A model generated the notes under the pieces. That model did no database searches. It was not told the origin of the DNA and saw only the letters and a list, made by a program, of their open reading frames with translations. A stretch of 64,000 nt of DNA from the NCBI GenBank assembly GCA_964016885.1, contig OZ024745.1, forward strand, positions 101,246,001 through 101,310,000. Direction: 5' to 3'. The position numbers and the translations under genes were made by a program. Position 1 is the first letter of the stretch; the number at the start of each line of letters is the position of its first letter. This DNA is from Eledone cirrhosa. Taxonomy: Eukaryota. This document shows positions 42,422 to 56,159 of this stretch, piece after piece.

Positions 42422-42499
42422 AATTGCCTTGTCTGATGAACGAATACGGACGTTTCTTGTATTCGTCTTATTCGTGAAACTTCTGATAATGAGGTAATT
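42422..42499 (+). ncRNA. Type I hammerhead in the 3' pLTR
   Basis: AATTGCCTTGT-CTGATGA-ACGAATA...TATTCGT-GAAA-CT TCT GA-TA-ATGAGGTAATT (11-bp stem I; stem III mismatch). Confidence 0.78.
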
Positions 42500-42598
42500 A
42501 TATTGTATTGTTTATTATACATTAAATTTAGCTCTGTAACTTACATAGAACACTCTTCATTCCTATGACTTTTTCAATTTTCAACGGAAACTTCAATA

Positions 42599-42670
<72 letters not shown>

Positions 42671-42714
42671 TTAGTTTTGCGAGGTTTTTGATATGAAATC
42701 GTGTGTCGAAACAG

Positions 42715-43460
42715 ATATTGTAATACTTGGGGAGGGTCATATTTGTGTAATAATATTGCCACCATTAATAACAGAACACACTCACTGTTTGGTTGGTTTT
42801 CACTTCTGTGTCTTTTATATCGGTTAATTTAATTTATTCGGTCCTCAATGTTACCATTGACAAAAATACAGATACAATATAGACACAAACACTTATATAT
42901 AGTCTAACAAAGTTCTTTCGTTGCACATCTGCAACATCGTCAGTGGTGCTATTATGTTTCCTCCTGTTGTATTGTATGTCTACGCCATCTTTATTTATTC
43001 TGTTTATTTATTTATTTTTTTGTCTTCTCTGCGCATGCGTTTGCGTGTGTGTATAGTGTTTTATGTGTGTTCGTGTTTGGGTGACTGTGTATTGGTTATT
43101 GTATTCTATCTTAGTTTACTAGTGTGTGTTTATATGTGTTTGATGTTATTGTGCTTGTGTATGTATTTATTTATTTATTTATACTTCTCTTAGGTCAGTA
43201 TTGTTTGTTTGGGTGTTGTTGTTATTCCATTCTTTTTTTCTGTTTAACCTTGGCTTTCTAAGTTCTATTTCGCTGGCCTCTCTGATTTTCCTATCTGCTG
43301 GGTCATTTCTATGTTTAGATATTATTCTAATTTCTATGTTGTCTATGTTACCGCCGTGTTGTTGTCTGGCATGTTCCTATAGTACCCAAACAAACAATAC
43401 TGACCTAAGAGAAGTATAAACAAATAAATAAATACACAAGCACAATAACAACAAACACAT
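42715..43460 (-). mobile_element. 3' end of the non-Naiad PLE family (GIY-YIG C-terminus at 43245-43385, HHR at 42906-42947, short inverted 5' segment)
   Basis: 43250-43385 is near-identical to 17975-18105. Minus HHR: ACCA-CTGACGA-(T)GTTGCA GATG TGCAAC-GAAA-GAAC-TT-TGTT. 43386-43460 inverts ~43135-43212. Confidence 0.8.
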
Positions 43461-43807
43461 ATGCTCTTGCTATTGATTGCTGTCGTTTCCATTGTTATCC
43501 CGCTGCTTTTCCTACTCCTACGTTTATATATCGTAGAATTGGTAAAGCTCAGGCAGTTAGTTACAACCGTATATGTTCTGATTGCAAAGCCGATTGGCGT
43601 CATCTTACCGATAACTAATTTGTGCTATTATGCATATTCTTTGTGTGATTTAAAACAATTCACTGGATCTTCATGTCTAGCAAGATATACAAATATGCTT
43701 TATACAGGTTAAGATCTGTATTTTGCAGAGCATTATTTATTTTAAATTGTATTTAGGTACAATACTAATGTATATTACTATTAAGATAATAGCAAGCAAA
43801 ACTTTTA

Positions 43808-43862
<55 letters not shown>

Positions 43863-44183
43863 CGAAGGAAATGTGGTAAGGAACCAGGTGGACCATAACG
43901 CACCAAAGTACTCAATACTTAGGGTAGTAGAGTGGGTAATAGGAACAAGTAAGACCCCGACGGCTGAGCTCAAGCCGTCGGGGTCTAACTTGTTCCTATA
44001 TATATATTTATATATATATATATATATATATACAATATATTAATAAATGGAAACTATATTTATAAATATAGTTTCCATTTATTAATATATTGAATATTTA
44101 CTCCAGTTATCTGTTGAGTGCTGCTTTATATCAGTTATAAACTTTTAAGCTTGTTGGAATCCCAACAATTTAAATATAACTTC

Positions 44184-44269
<86 letters not shown>

Positions 44270-44273
<4 letters not shown>

Positions 44274-45157
44274 CTGATTTTTGTGTTTCGCTTCGCTTTT
44301 CCTGCCCGCCGAAAATGCGATTCTCGCCGTATCTCCCCCTCCGCCTTTTGGGATTCTTTCTCACGTCGTGTAGACGCGTTCTTGAGACTAGTAAAATGAG
44401 GTATCCTCTTGATAAGTCGGCAGACCTCGCAAGGACTCTATATCTTTATGATATATTGTTTTTGTTTATGCCACGAAACTACGTAGTCGAGGAATTTAGG
44501 AGCAGTTTGGGTATGATACATTTTATTACTAATTATATCTAAATGTTTCTTCTCTCTTCATAATGTATTTTTAACTCTGATACTGGTTCAGTCTAGTCCA
44601 ACTGAATTGGTCTGTCCCAGTCATTCATTGAGCAACATCGGTGAAGTTGGCACTCTTAACTCACAGTTGGGTGCGGATGCATTCATGTATATATGTGTGT
44701 GTCCGCATGTATCTGTGTGTTTCTAAATATATTGTTAATAACTCCCTCTGGTCGAGCAATCTTTGAAGTGTGGGGACAGCTGGAAAGCTTCCATTACTCA
44801 TACTTCTCGCCTTCTTCACCACGTCTTATACGGCCTCGATATTAATACCCCCTCCGCCTCCGTGGTATTTTCTTCGGGGTTATAAGAGGCTTAGCTCTGT
44901 TTCTCGACCGTTATATCGCGTGACTATCTCCCCCTCCGCCTTTTGGGATTCTTTCTCACGTCGTGTAGACGCGTTCTTGAGACTAGTAAAATGAGGTATC
45001 CTCTTGATAAGTCGGCAGACCTCGCAAGGACTCTATATCTTTATGATATATTGTTTTTGTTTATGCCACGAAACTACGTAGTCGAGGAATTTAGGAGCAG
45101 TTTGGGTATGATACATTTTATTACTAATTATATCTAAATGTTTCTTCTCTCTTCATA

Positions 45158-45163
<6 letters not shown>
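44270..45163 (+). mobile_element. 595-nt non-coding HHR element, 1.4 tandem monomers (237-bp direct terminal repeats)
   Basis: 44331-44567 is repeated at 44926-45162. Each repeat contains an HHR. (TA)n flanks. Confidence 0.88.
44404..44493 (+). ncRNA. Type I hammerhead with U3-A8 core (copies at 44999-45088 +, 60032-60121 -, 60641-60730 +)
   Basis: TCCTC-TTGATAA-GT(C)GGCA...TGCCAC-GAAA-CTACGTAG-TC-GAGGA. Confidence 0.8.
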
Positions 45164-45214
<51 letters not shown>

Positions 45215-45441
45215 AATATATATACTAAATGATTAACAAAGTATTCTTTCACTTATTGCCTGTTGATATTACAAATAACGATTTCTATTAAGAAAGTTTT
45301 CCTTGCACCACCAGGTCGTCGAACGACTCCTGGCAATTGCTTTGACAACCGCTATGTGTTCGTTATGGACATGTTTGTGGGAGAATACAAATGTGGTTTA
45401 CACTTCACTTTCTGATAGGGTAAGCCACCCACAAAGTTTTG

Positions 45442-45504
<63 letters not shown>

Positions 45505-45717
45505 CTGAAGACAGCATATATGTGTGAAGGTATGTATATTCCCTCTGATAGTTTGTATAAATATTGTACATAGATCTATAGAATATGCATACCAATTCTA
45601 ACACATATATATCCTAGAAACGATCGTAAAATAATGAATTTTTTTGGTTTAATATAAGAAACTGTTTCTTTGTTTATTCATTATTTTTTTAATAATTTAT
45701 ATATATATATATATATA

Positions 45718-45919
45718 TAGGAAAATGTTTGACCCCGAGAGCAGAGCTCAAGCTGTCTCGACGGCTATTTCTGGACTATTTGAGTCCAGAAATAGCCGTC
45801 GAAACGGCTTGAGCTCTTCAGTCGGGGTCAAACATTTTCCTATTACCCACTCTACTACCCTAAGTATTGAGTACTCTGGTGCGTTATGGTCCATCTGGTT
45901 CCTTACCACACCTCCTACG

Positions 45920-45921
<2 letters not shown>
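45718..45921. mobile_element. Fold-back pLTR-like element (11388 family)
   Basis: ~60-bp arms TAGGAAAATGTTTGACCCCGA.../...TCGGGGTCAAACATTTTCCTA, in (TA)n. Confidence 0.75.
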
Positions 45922-46001
<80 letters not shown>

Positions 46002-47846
46002 CTTTCTCGGTGATTTAATTTAATTCTATCTCTTATTTCCTCATTTCTTAGAAGTAACGCCTTTCAAGCCATTCCATGCCAGAAGCCAATCAATATCCAA
46101 ATTTCGTCATATATTACCTCTTATGAGATATCCCAAAGACTCGAAGATTTTCTTTCTGCCTCGCAGAAATATTTTTCTCAACACCACAATTAATACATAC
46201 TTTTAAAAACTGGTCTTCTTTCAAATGTTAATTTATATGATTTTTACTATCCAATGAATCTATTTAAATACAAAGATTTATGCTGCTAACTTCTTTTATT
46301 ATTTTTTTTTCCCAGTTAATACTAATTATACCTTTAGTTTTTTCAACTTGGTATTACTTGAAGATCTTCAGCTGTTTTTGTAGGCACAATTTAACTTAGC
46401 CAAAAGAGGATAGCGAAGTAAGCAAGCATGTGTTTCTTGTGTTTTTGCATACATTTTAAAGACATCTATATTGAAAAAGCGGTTTCTTATTACAATTTTC
46501 AAGCTACAACCAATTTCTTCCATTTTCAAGCTTACTTAAAAAGTTACTTAAAAAGAAATATGTGTATTAGCAGTCTACAGTATACCAGTGGATACACAGT
46601 TACAAAGAGTTAATAATTTAATGTGCCTTTAGTAATATGCGTTTCTTGATATTCGTTGCTTCGCTTTCTTTTCACACAAACTTTAACCATATCTACTGTC
46701 AGATAGGAGAGTGGGTGTTTTTCTTTTTAAATTAGAGATACTGCTAACTTGTTGGTTTCAGAACCTGTCTAATGTTTCCTTGATCGAGCAGTTATGTATA
46801 AATATTTATATTGCATAGTATACATTGTATCATATATTTTCTTGGAGTATATAGTATTACAAACTTTAATGTTCATTTATTAGTCGATTTTTGCATTCGT
46901 TTTGCACTTCACTAATACACCGTTATTGTCAAAGTTTTGTTTGCATGCTATAAGTGTTTTCTACACCAAACCTATTTACATAGAGCCTTAAAAGGGAAAG
47001 AAATATTGTCGATTCATTCACCACCATACTAAACATAATTTATAAGTATATAACATGAATTATAATGCTCATGCAAGAATTACTGTTTTAATGGATGAAT
47101 AAATAATTATTTATTTATCCTGTAAAACAGTAATTCTTGCAAGTGCAAGACAACTTTCTTTGGGTAATGGGTGCTTATTTTACTTATTTCTTGTGGCATT
47201 GTATACTTTTGAAAATTGTTCAGTTCAGCTCTGATAAAGAAAACCTATAATCAAAGTAAAAGTCAGATAGTCTGTCTCGGGAAAATACAGGCTGTGAGAT
47301 GGTGTAAAGAAAAGAGAACAATATCTTTTAAAATTTAATAAAAATACGAAGTGAACGGATCATTGCATTCTCCCATAAACTTAAGCTGCACACATAACAC
47401 ATTCAAACATCAGTCCACTCAAAACATTTAAGACGTACGTCTGACATGTTTGGAGTACATTTCAGAAGTCTTAGAATTGATAATACATCCAGGAGACAAT
47501 ACATCCAGGAGACAATATTCCGAAGCTTGCACTGTGAGAGTTTATGTGCTGAGAATCACAAAACAATAAGCGTTCAAAAGAATCAAGCTGTCAGCAAAGA
47601 AAGACCTATCAAAATATTTAATATTCATCAATGTGGGAATTATGAGTGAAAGACATTTTCTCAAATGGTATGACAAAACCTATTTTGTACACAAGATGAA
47701 CAACTAGCTGCAAGTCAATTTAATATTACTTTTTCAATTAGCTATTTTAATAAACATATTTATAGCTCAGTTTAATTAAGGAGCTAAATTTTGATATCAT
47801 TCTAATTCTACAATCATTTAACCGTTTCTTAACAATGGTCATAACG

Positions 47847-47941
<95 letters not shown>

Positions 47942-48900
47942 ACATACACACACACACATACACACACACACATACACACACACACACAACCACACACAGA
48001 CACACACACACACACACACGCACATACACACACACACACATACAAACACACACACAGACACACACACACACATACATACACACACACACATACACACACA
48101 CACATGTACATACACACACACACAAGTTCTATTTCATGAAAATTTCAATAAGTAAATCTCATAAATATCCAGATTACATGGAGGAAAGATAGCTACATAA
48201 TCGATCTTTCTAGACATGTCGATTAAAGAAATTGATTATAATAATCATTACTAAAGGGTAAAAATGATACATTAGTCTAACACGTCGTTTTCATCATTTT
48301 TATCTTTCTCTCCTCTGTTTATCTGGCTTATCCTTTTTACTTTCCTCCTGTTATTTGTACTTATTTAGTAACTATTCGTCTGTTTTCATCTCTTATTGGC
48401 AGTATCGGTAGAGGGTCGGACGTCATGCTTTGAACCATAGAGTTACGGCCCTTTCCATTCTGAGTTCAAATCTCGCCGAGGTCAACTTTGCCTTTCATCC
48501 TTACGAGGTCGATAAAATAAAGTACCAGTAATGTACTGGGTTATTGCTGGTCTTGTGCCAAAAGTAGAAACAATTATGATTTCTATGGATCATACAGAAA
48601 AAAACTTGCAACCAATGGCGTCCAATGGCGTCTGTCAAAATGTTTTCGCTGTACGCCTGAATAAAGCATCTTTGTCTCCTTCAGAAAGAGACGACCTTAC
48701 TGGAGTGAAATCCATGAACCAAATCAATGGATGTTTTCAGTGGAAAGCCGGTTACATGGAAGAGAAGAACATTACACACTTAACGTATTCATATCGGTTT
48801 TATTTGTAAAAAGCAACATTAATTGATGAATAAATGAATATAACAAACAAATATATAAATATATATATATATATATACATACATATATATATATATATAT

Positions 48901-48973
<73 letters not shown>

Positions 48974-49093
48974 CATATATATATACATACATATATATAT
49001 ATACATATATATGTGTGTGACTCTGTGTGTGTGTCTGTGTGTGTGTGTGTATATATGTATATATATATGTATATAATATATATATATATATAA

Positions 49094-49141
<48 letters not shown>

Positions 49142-49322
49142 ATACATATACATACATATACATACATATATACAAATTTAAAGCCACCAGTTAATAAATC
49201 AATATATAAGTATACAGCAATAACTATCAAGAAGTCTTATTTTATCACATTCAATCTTCTTTCACAAGGCGTTAATTGGACGGAGAGAGAGAGAGAGAGA
49301 TGGGGAAAGAGAGAGAGAGAGA

Positions 49323-49404
<82 letters not shown>

Positions 49405-49706
49405 CCGAAATAAAAAACATAGAAAGTTTTGGTAAAATACCCCCACCAACACCAATGCATGATGAAATATTATTATTTCATATTATTTCAACGATAATTC
49501 ACAGCCATCAGCCTCTTTCTTTTCATCCTGGTTCTGTTTTGTATATGTTTACACATAGTGATTGCTGTCTCCCATGTAGATTTGTATATAAATAAATAAA
49601 TATACATAAATATATATATACGTGGAGAAGTAAAATATATATATATACAGTATATATATATATATATATATATATACGTGGTGAAGTAAAATATATATAT
49701 ATACTG

Positions 49707-49866
<160 letters not shown>

Positions 49867-49931
49867 TATATATATAAATATATATATATAAATATATATA
49901 TACATATATATATATATATACATATATATAC

Positions 49932-49981
<50 letters not shown>

Positions 49982-49999
49982 GTGTGTGTGTATGTATAA

Positions 50000-50055
<56 letters not shown>

Positions 50056-50615
50056 TCTGAGTGTGTGTGTATGTGTGTGTGTGTATGCACATAGATATAC
50101 ATATGTATATATATGCGCACACACATATGTGTGTCTGCGTGTGTGGGTGCGTGTGTGTGTGTGTGTGCGCGTGCACATTAATATTTTTGACGCTGTACAC
50201 ATATCGTTCTTTCCCCACAAAAAATGGTCATAGTAGGTAAATACGACCTTGTTATTAAGGCAAAAAATATACTTTATGCATTCCTCTCAGCTAAAATAAA
50301 ATAAAAATTCAATTCTCTCTTTATATAGTTGAAGGAATGGATGGTGGCCCTCATCTAATTACAAATATAATTTCTTTTGATATTATTATTATTAGTATTT
50401 TTTATTGCGTGCTTTCAATGTAAATCTGCTGTGTGACTTGGCTTCGTGTTGTGTTTTTCTATTGTATCGATCATACTTTTTTTTAATATGTATACGGTTC
50501 CAAGTTCTGTAAAAGTGAAAGGACTTACGCCGGTTTCGACGATGGGAGGTTCTAGTTTCTCGATGAATGGATCAGCCTATTCATTAAACAAATATATGCG
50601 TGGTTACGTGCACCA

Positions 50616-50693
<78 letters not shown>

Positions 50694-50906
50694 TATATAT
50701 ATATCGTTGCTTCACCATCTTTGTTTGTTTACACTCTCGTGTCCCTTTTATTTACGTGTCCCAACGACTTTTTTTAGCCGTTGCTCGCACCAACCGGAGG
50801 TATATGGTCTTTAAAGCGATGAAATACCAATGATGGTTGGAAGATCACTGATGAAGGACTAACTTTATTCATATGTAACCCATTTGCAACCACGCAGCAC
50901 GTTTAT

Positions 50907-50941
<35 letters not shown>

Positions 50942-50983
50942 TTCAAAATATTAACAAAAATAGACATTCGTGTGATCAAGTAT

Positions 50984-51048
50984 ATTTTATTATACATATT
51001 TCAGAGGTACTGAGCTATCTTCAACAGTACGTCCTCATCAGATAAAAT
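50984..51048 (-). ncRNA. Type I hammerhead ribozyme
   Basis: Minus: ATTTTAT-CTGATGA-GGACGTACTG...CAGTACCTCT-GAAA-TATGTA-TA-ATAAAAT. Confidence 0.72.
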
Positions 51049-51227
51049 AAGATGATGCATGACATACCGTGACGTAGTAGATTGTTAAGATTCAACTAAA
51101 AAAGCCCTCGCCTAAGATGCCACACTGTGAAACGAGCCCACGACCTCATGATTGTAAAGAGAACTTATAAGCCATTCAGCTACGCCTGCGTACATGTTCT
51201 GAATGCTATTTAACTCCATGTTAATGC

Positions 51228-51355
<128 letters not shown>

Positions 51356-51989
51356 TAAAAGGTCGGATAGAATGTTTGCGGTATTCGTTCCGGCACCCTG
51401 CTGTCTGAGTTCAAATCCCATCGAGGTCATCTTTGTCTTTCATACTTTCGAGGCCGATAACAAAGTACAAGTCTAGTACTGGGGGCGATTCTTCCTCTAT
51501 ATCTCTTTCTCACATCCCTCTCCCACTTTCTATCCTTTGAAACAAATCTGCTGTGTTCAGACCTGGAGAAATTGTCTCCACCAGGCTTTTAAAATGCTCA
51601 TAAAACGCCTTATGTCACTGGGACGCCCCTACGAAACTATCAGGATTTACGGTTCAAAGAGAAGAGGAAGCATTCACAACCCGGTTCTTCAACCGTTTCT
51701 GATAATCTTCCTCAAAGTGACGCCATCAATGCCTATTTCTTCCTCAACTTCTTCAAATTTGATGTAGATGTGTTTCGTGTTCATTTATGCAATGATCATG
51801 TTTTTCTTTCTTTTATATTTACAGCTATAGTTAATGCAGAGTGTTATTTTTCCGTTAAATCTAAATTTCACCATAAAAACATGTGGTGAAATTTCATCAC
51901 ATATTAATGTAACATTTCTAGTAACATTATCTGTGTCGCTATGTATACAAAATCAATAAAATATTATATAAAAATACCTCTGGATTATA

Positions 51990-52192
51990 TATAATTTATA
52001 TAAAACTACCTTCAGGGTATATGTATAAGCTATATTATGAAATATAAGTAGATATCGTGTTTCGGCTTGGGCTCCATTTCCAAGCTATCCAATTTTATAG
52101 ATACAATACACAAACTATACAGACATTGAAAAAACCCGAAATCTGAAAGACTTTCGGTTCCAGGAATTTCGGATAAATATATTCTCAACTTG
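51990..52192 (+). mobile_element. Tigger/pogo-like (MER2/Tigger3-type) 3' end
   Basis: AAACTACCTTCAGGGTATATGTATAAG...CCGAAATCTGAAAGACTTTCGGTTCCAGGAATTTCGGATAAATATATTCTCAACTTG followed by TA. Confidence 0.7.
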
Positions 52193-52875
52193 TATAATTA
52201 TAGTAATTACAGGCAAGTGGGGAAAACTTGACCATACCTTAGTTATTTATACTCAGCTTGATAATATCTCTGTTAACATTCTGGGCTAGTATTCCAAGAA
52301 TTCCTATGACCAAAGATATTCCAGTTGTGTCTAATCCATATGCTATTATATCAGGGATTTCGCTATTCGATGAATTTATTTTCTTCATTTAAGTGGCTAT
52401 TTGAAGGTGTTTTAGTTGTTATTTCTAGCTATTTCATTGACTGCGTGGAAGCTGTCACGGAATGCTGCTGCTGATTAATGATGATGGTGGTGGGGATGTT
52501 CTTGTTGTTTAGTCGAAGGTTAACCCTTCTCCAACAAACTTATGGTCAAAGGTATTTCAGCTGTGCCTTTGTAAATAAGGTCTTCTTTATTCAATGTATT
52601 CTTTTTTCTTTTTTTTTTTAAAGACAGTATGGTGTGATTTGAGGGAATTTGGCTGCTATTTCTAGTAAATTGAGCAACCTTTAAGGGCTCTTTTATTGCC
52701 TCGTAGTGATGTTAGTGGTGGGGGTAATGGATTTAATGGCTCCGCAATTTGTGATTGAATAGTCAATAAATATCTTGTTTAACACCTGTCTTCATTAAAA
52801 CTTTAGGCGCTTGAAAGGGTTACAAAACATTTTTTATAAAATGATTCCTCTTAAGAAATATCGATTTGGCGTGAA

Positions 52876-53231
52876 TTTAGTGTTTCGAGTGTTAGCAACA
52901 TTTAAACATTACGAATATGAAATATAAATTTAGATAATTTTAAAAGCCATACAATGCATTAGAAAATTAAAGGTGCCAAGATAATGATAGAATTTTACCT
53001 TAGCAAATTTAATTATCCCAAATATTTTCGGGTTTAAAATCCCATGGATACTCCCTTGATAATGGAATGTTAAACCCGAAAATATTTGGGATAATTAAAT
53101 ATGCTAAGGTAAAATTCTATCATTATCTTGGCACCTTTAATTTTCAAATGCATTGTATGGCTTTTAAAATTATCTAAATTTATATTTCATATTCGTAATG
53201 TTTAAATGTTGCTAACACTCGAAACACTAAA
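52876..53231. repeat. Near-perfect long inverted repeat (~165-bp arms, short spacer)
   Basis: 52876-53044 is the reverse complement of ~53062-53231, with few mismatches. Confidence 0.9.
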
Positions 53232-53352
53232 CCTTTACAATTCGATATTTAATCTCACCATGAAGAATTTTCATTACATGTGCGATAATATAATTTTATG
53301 AGAACCATACCCCAAGTTACTATCTGTTTATACTGTTGAGAGGGAGAGGGGG

Positions 53353-53428
<76 letters not shown>

Positions 53429-53856
53429 CCGAATCTCAATGAAATACCATATGACAATAACTGCCAATGTTTTTAAGTTTTTAAATGCTATGCTATCTTC
53501 CTGAGAATGTCTTAAACATTTACAACGGAGTTGGACGTTCATAAATTGTCTATTTGACTTGAGCCAAAGATTGGCACGACCAACTAGAAACAGCAGCTAA
53601 ATCTACCTCTACTCATACTGCCATCTTAAACTAGACACATTGGATAATGTAGTCCAGAGCACACAATGCCTGGAAAAGAAAGATAGGATAGTCACGATTG
53701 GAATGAGCGTTTGATTTTAGAATCTGTTCGATCGGGACTGTCCTGCAGTTAAACAACAACAGCGTCATCGTATGGCTAAAACAGCACGTGCTGTGACCAG
53801 CGGCGCCGAATGGCGCCGGACAGACTAGTCGGTTAAGGTGATATATAAATATATAT

Positions 53857-53894
<38 letters not shown>

Positions 53895-54589
53895 AACAAT
53901 CTCTACGACAATAAGGAAAAACCATCGTTTCACAAAACAATGAATGGAAGAAAGAAAAAAATTAAACAAATACCAACTATAAATAAAAACGATTCCAACA
54001 ACAAAACACCAACTACAAATACAGGAGTGATAAAAAGAACCCGAACAAAACAAACGACTGACACCGCAGCACATACTTTCTCAGCCATTTGGAGGTTGTA
54101 GGTAGGATGGAGGTCTGTAATAAAAGAATACATACTCCTCTAAGTGGTGATCTGACTGGCTTGTTGTTTACTCTATCGTACTGAATTGTCAATTTTCAAC
54201 ATTTATCAAGGTTACATCATATTTCAATGTCCTCACTATATTCATTGTTTTACTGTACTCAACGAACTTAGAAGCTTCAAACATTTTATGTTTAAACGTT
54301 TGAAGTAAAGCACACAATATGATTAAAAACGGAATTAGCAGCTAAACTTTTTTTTTTGAAATGTCTACCAAATATACATGTTTATTTTCAATATAGAAAT
54401 AATAAAAAAAGAAGATGAAACAAAAGGAAAGAAAGAATAGGGAAATATAGAAAAAATATATATAGGAAAAAAAAGAGGAGAGAAAGAAAGAAGGAAAAGA
54501 TCGGGAAGCGGATGGGATGGAAAGAGCTCTGGTGTCGCAGAAAAGAGGGAGGGGTGAAGGGGGGTGATTGGGCTTTGGACCTAGGGCAA

Positions 54590-54800
54590 CAGGGCAGAAG
54601 TGCTGCGCCCCGCCGACAAGACGGCAAAAGCATTCCCCCGGACGATGGCTAGTGACACCCGCTGCAACAACCACCCAACCTCGCGGGGCTCCCTCCTCAG
54701 ACGGGCCGCCGATGCTCCGATCTTGCGGAGGAGCTCGGCAGTACGGGGTCCAAGTATGCTTGAGGTCTCGATGGCGACCGATGCAAAGAGGAAGCGGCAG
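54590..54800 (-). pseudogene. CRE-clade non-LTR retrotransposon C-terminus (restriction-like endonuclease)
   Basis: Minus frame not in the ORF track: FLFASVAIETSSILGPRTAELLRKIGASAARLRREPREVGWLLQRVSLAIVRGNAFAVL. Confidence 0.8.
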
Positions 54801-55721
54801 GATAAACACCAATATTTATTTATGTTATGTTCTTCTGCGAGGCGGGCTGCGATGCCGGGATTTGTGGCCGAAGCGACTAAATTGGAGGCGGAGAACGTGT
54901 CGCAGCTGAATAGAAGTAATGGTGATAGAGTCTATTTGCTTCTTTTTCTTTTTAGTACGTTTGAAATCCCATTAGAAAAAAAAAATCTATTGTTGAACAG
55001 TAGTATATAATAATTGTTTTTAGTTTTGGCCAAGGCCAGCAAATACCCAGTGCATTACTGGTACTTTATTTTATCGACCCCGTAAGGATGAAAGGCAAAG
55101 TTAACCTCGGCGGGATTTGAACTCAGAATGGCAAGGACCGTAACTCTATGCGTCAAAGCATGGCGTCCGACCCTCTACCAACACTGCCAATCCACCTACA
55201 GTAGTATATAATAATGGTTTCTTATATAGGCACAAGGCCAGTAATTTGGGGGGAGGGGAAAGTCGATTAAATCGACCCTAGTGCGTGACTGGTATTTTAT
55301 TTTATCGACCCCATACGGATGAAAGGCAAAGTTAACCTCGGCGGGATTTGAGCTCAGATCATAAAGAGCCGTAACTCTATGCTGCAAAGCATGGCGTCCG
55401 ACCCTCTACTGATACTGCCAATCCACCTACAGTAGTATATAATAATGAAAGTATTAAAATGAGATTAAAATAATATGTTATACATGAGAGACCGCTGGTC
55501 TTCTCAAAAAAAATCATGCCCAGGCTTGTGCCTCGGAGTGGACATTTCTAGGCACAAAACCTTGGTTATTCATGACCGAACACGGACTACGATGATGTAT
55601 ATATATGTGTGTGTGTGTGTGTGCGTGTGTGTGTGTGTGTGTGCTTGTGTGTTGTGTGTGTGTATATATTTATATACATATATGTCTGTATATATATGTG
55701 TGTGTGTATATATATATACAT

Positions 55722-55758
<37 letters not shown>

Positions 55759-55759
55759 A

Positions 55760-56045
55760 AACACGAAAAACGCACCACAAGACAAAGACAAGATGGAGTA
55801 GAAGTGTAAGACCAGGGAGAAGATGAGGCACAAAACAGATTATGATTGAATAGGTCACAGAATGTGTGACGAAAGAAGTTTAACAAACAACTGCATAACG
55901 AATAGAGATAAATATAAAGTGAAAATTATATGATGCTTGTGTTTCTTTTTAATGGCAATTTGGCAACATCACCATCCCTAAATATAACAACATCGGTTTC
56001 AACAAACGATTTTACATCAAGAATCTTGCGGAACAAATACATAAA
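55760..56045 (+). mobile_element. pLTR of the 2914 family with decayed HHR
   Basis: GGTCACAGAATGTGTGACGAAAGAA and TTGGCAACAT...TATAACAACATCGGTTTCAAC are shared with 3635-3660 and 3790-3830. Confidence 0.7.
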
Positions 56046-56159
56046 AGTATATATATATATATACAAAAATACAAAACAACGAACGAAAACAAGGCAAAAC
56101 GAAAACAATTTTTCAAGTGGGAAACCTTAAAAAATTATTTTTTTTAATAAAAATAAAAA

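Larger units (their letters stand above)
38710..42600 (+). mobile_element. Near full-length Naiad PLE with inverted 5' pLTR (38710-38825) and 3' pLTR (~42395-42600)
   Basis: 38710-38825 is the reverse complement of ~42397-42523. (TA)n on both sides. Confidence 0.9.

Noticed and set aside
44315-44542. Recurrent 64-75 aa ORF (..LETSKMRYPLDKSADLARTL..) in four places
   Set aside because: It recurs only because the 595-nt element is repeated. It overlaps the HHR and has no recognisable domain.
46040-46420. Possible pogo/Tigger transposase remnant on the minus strand; weak mariner-like traces at 48600-48760
   Set aside because: The motif resemblance is too degenerate to support.
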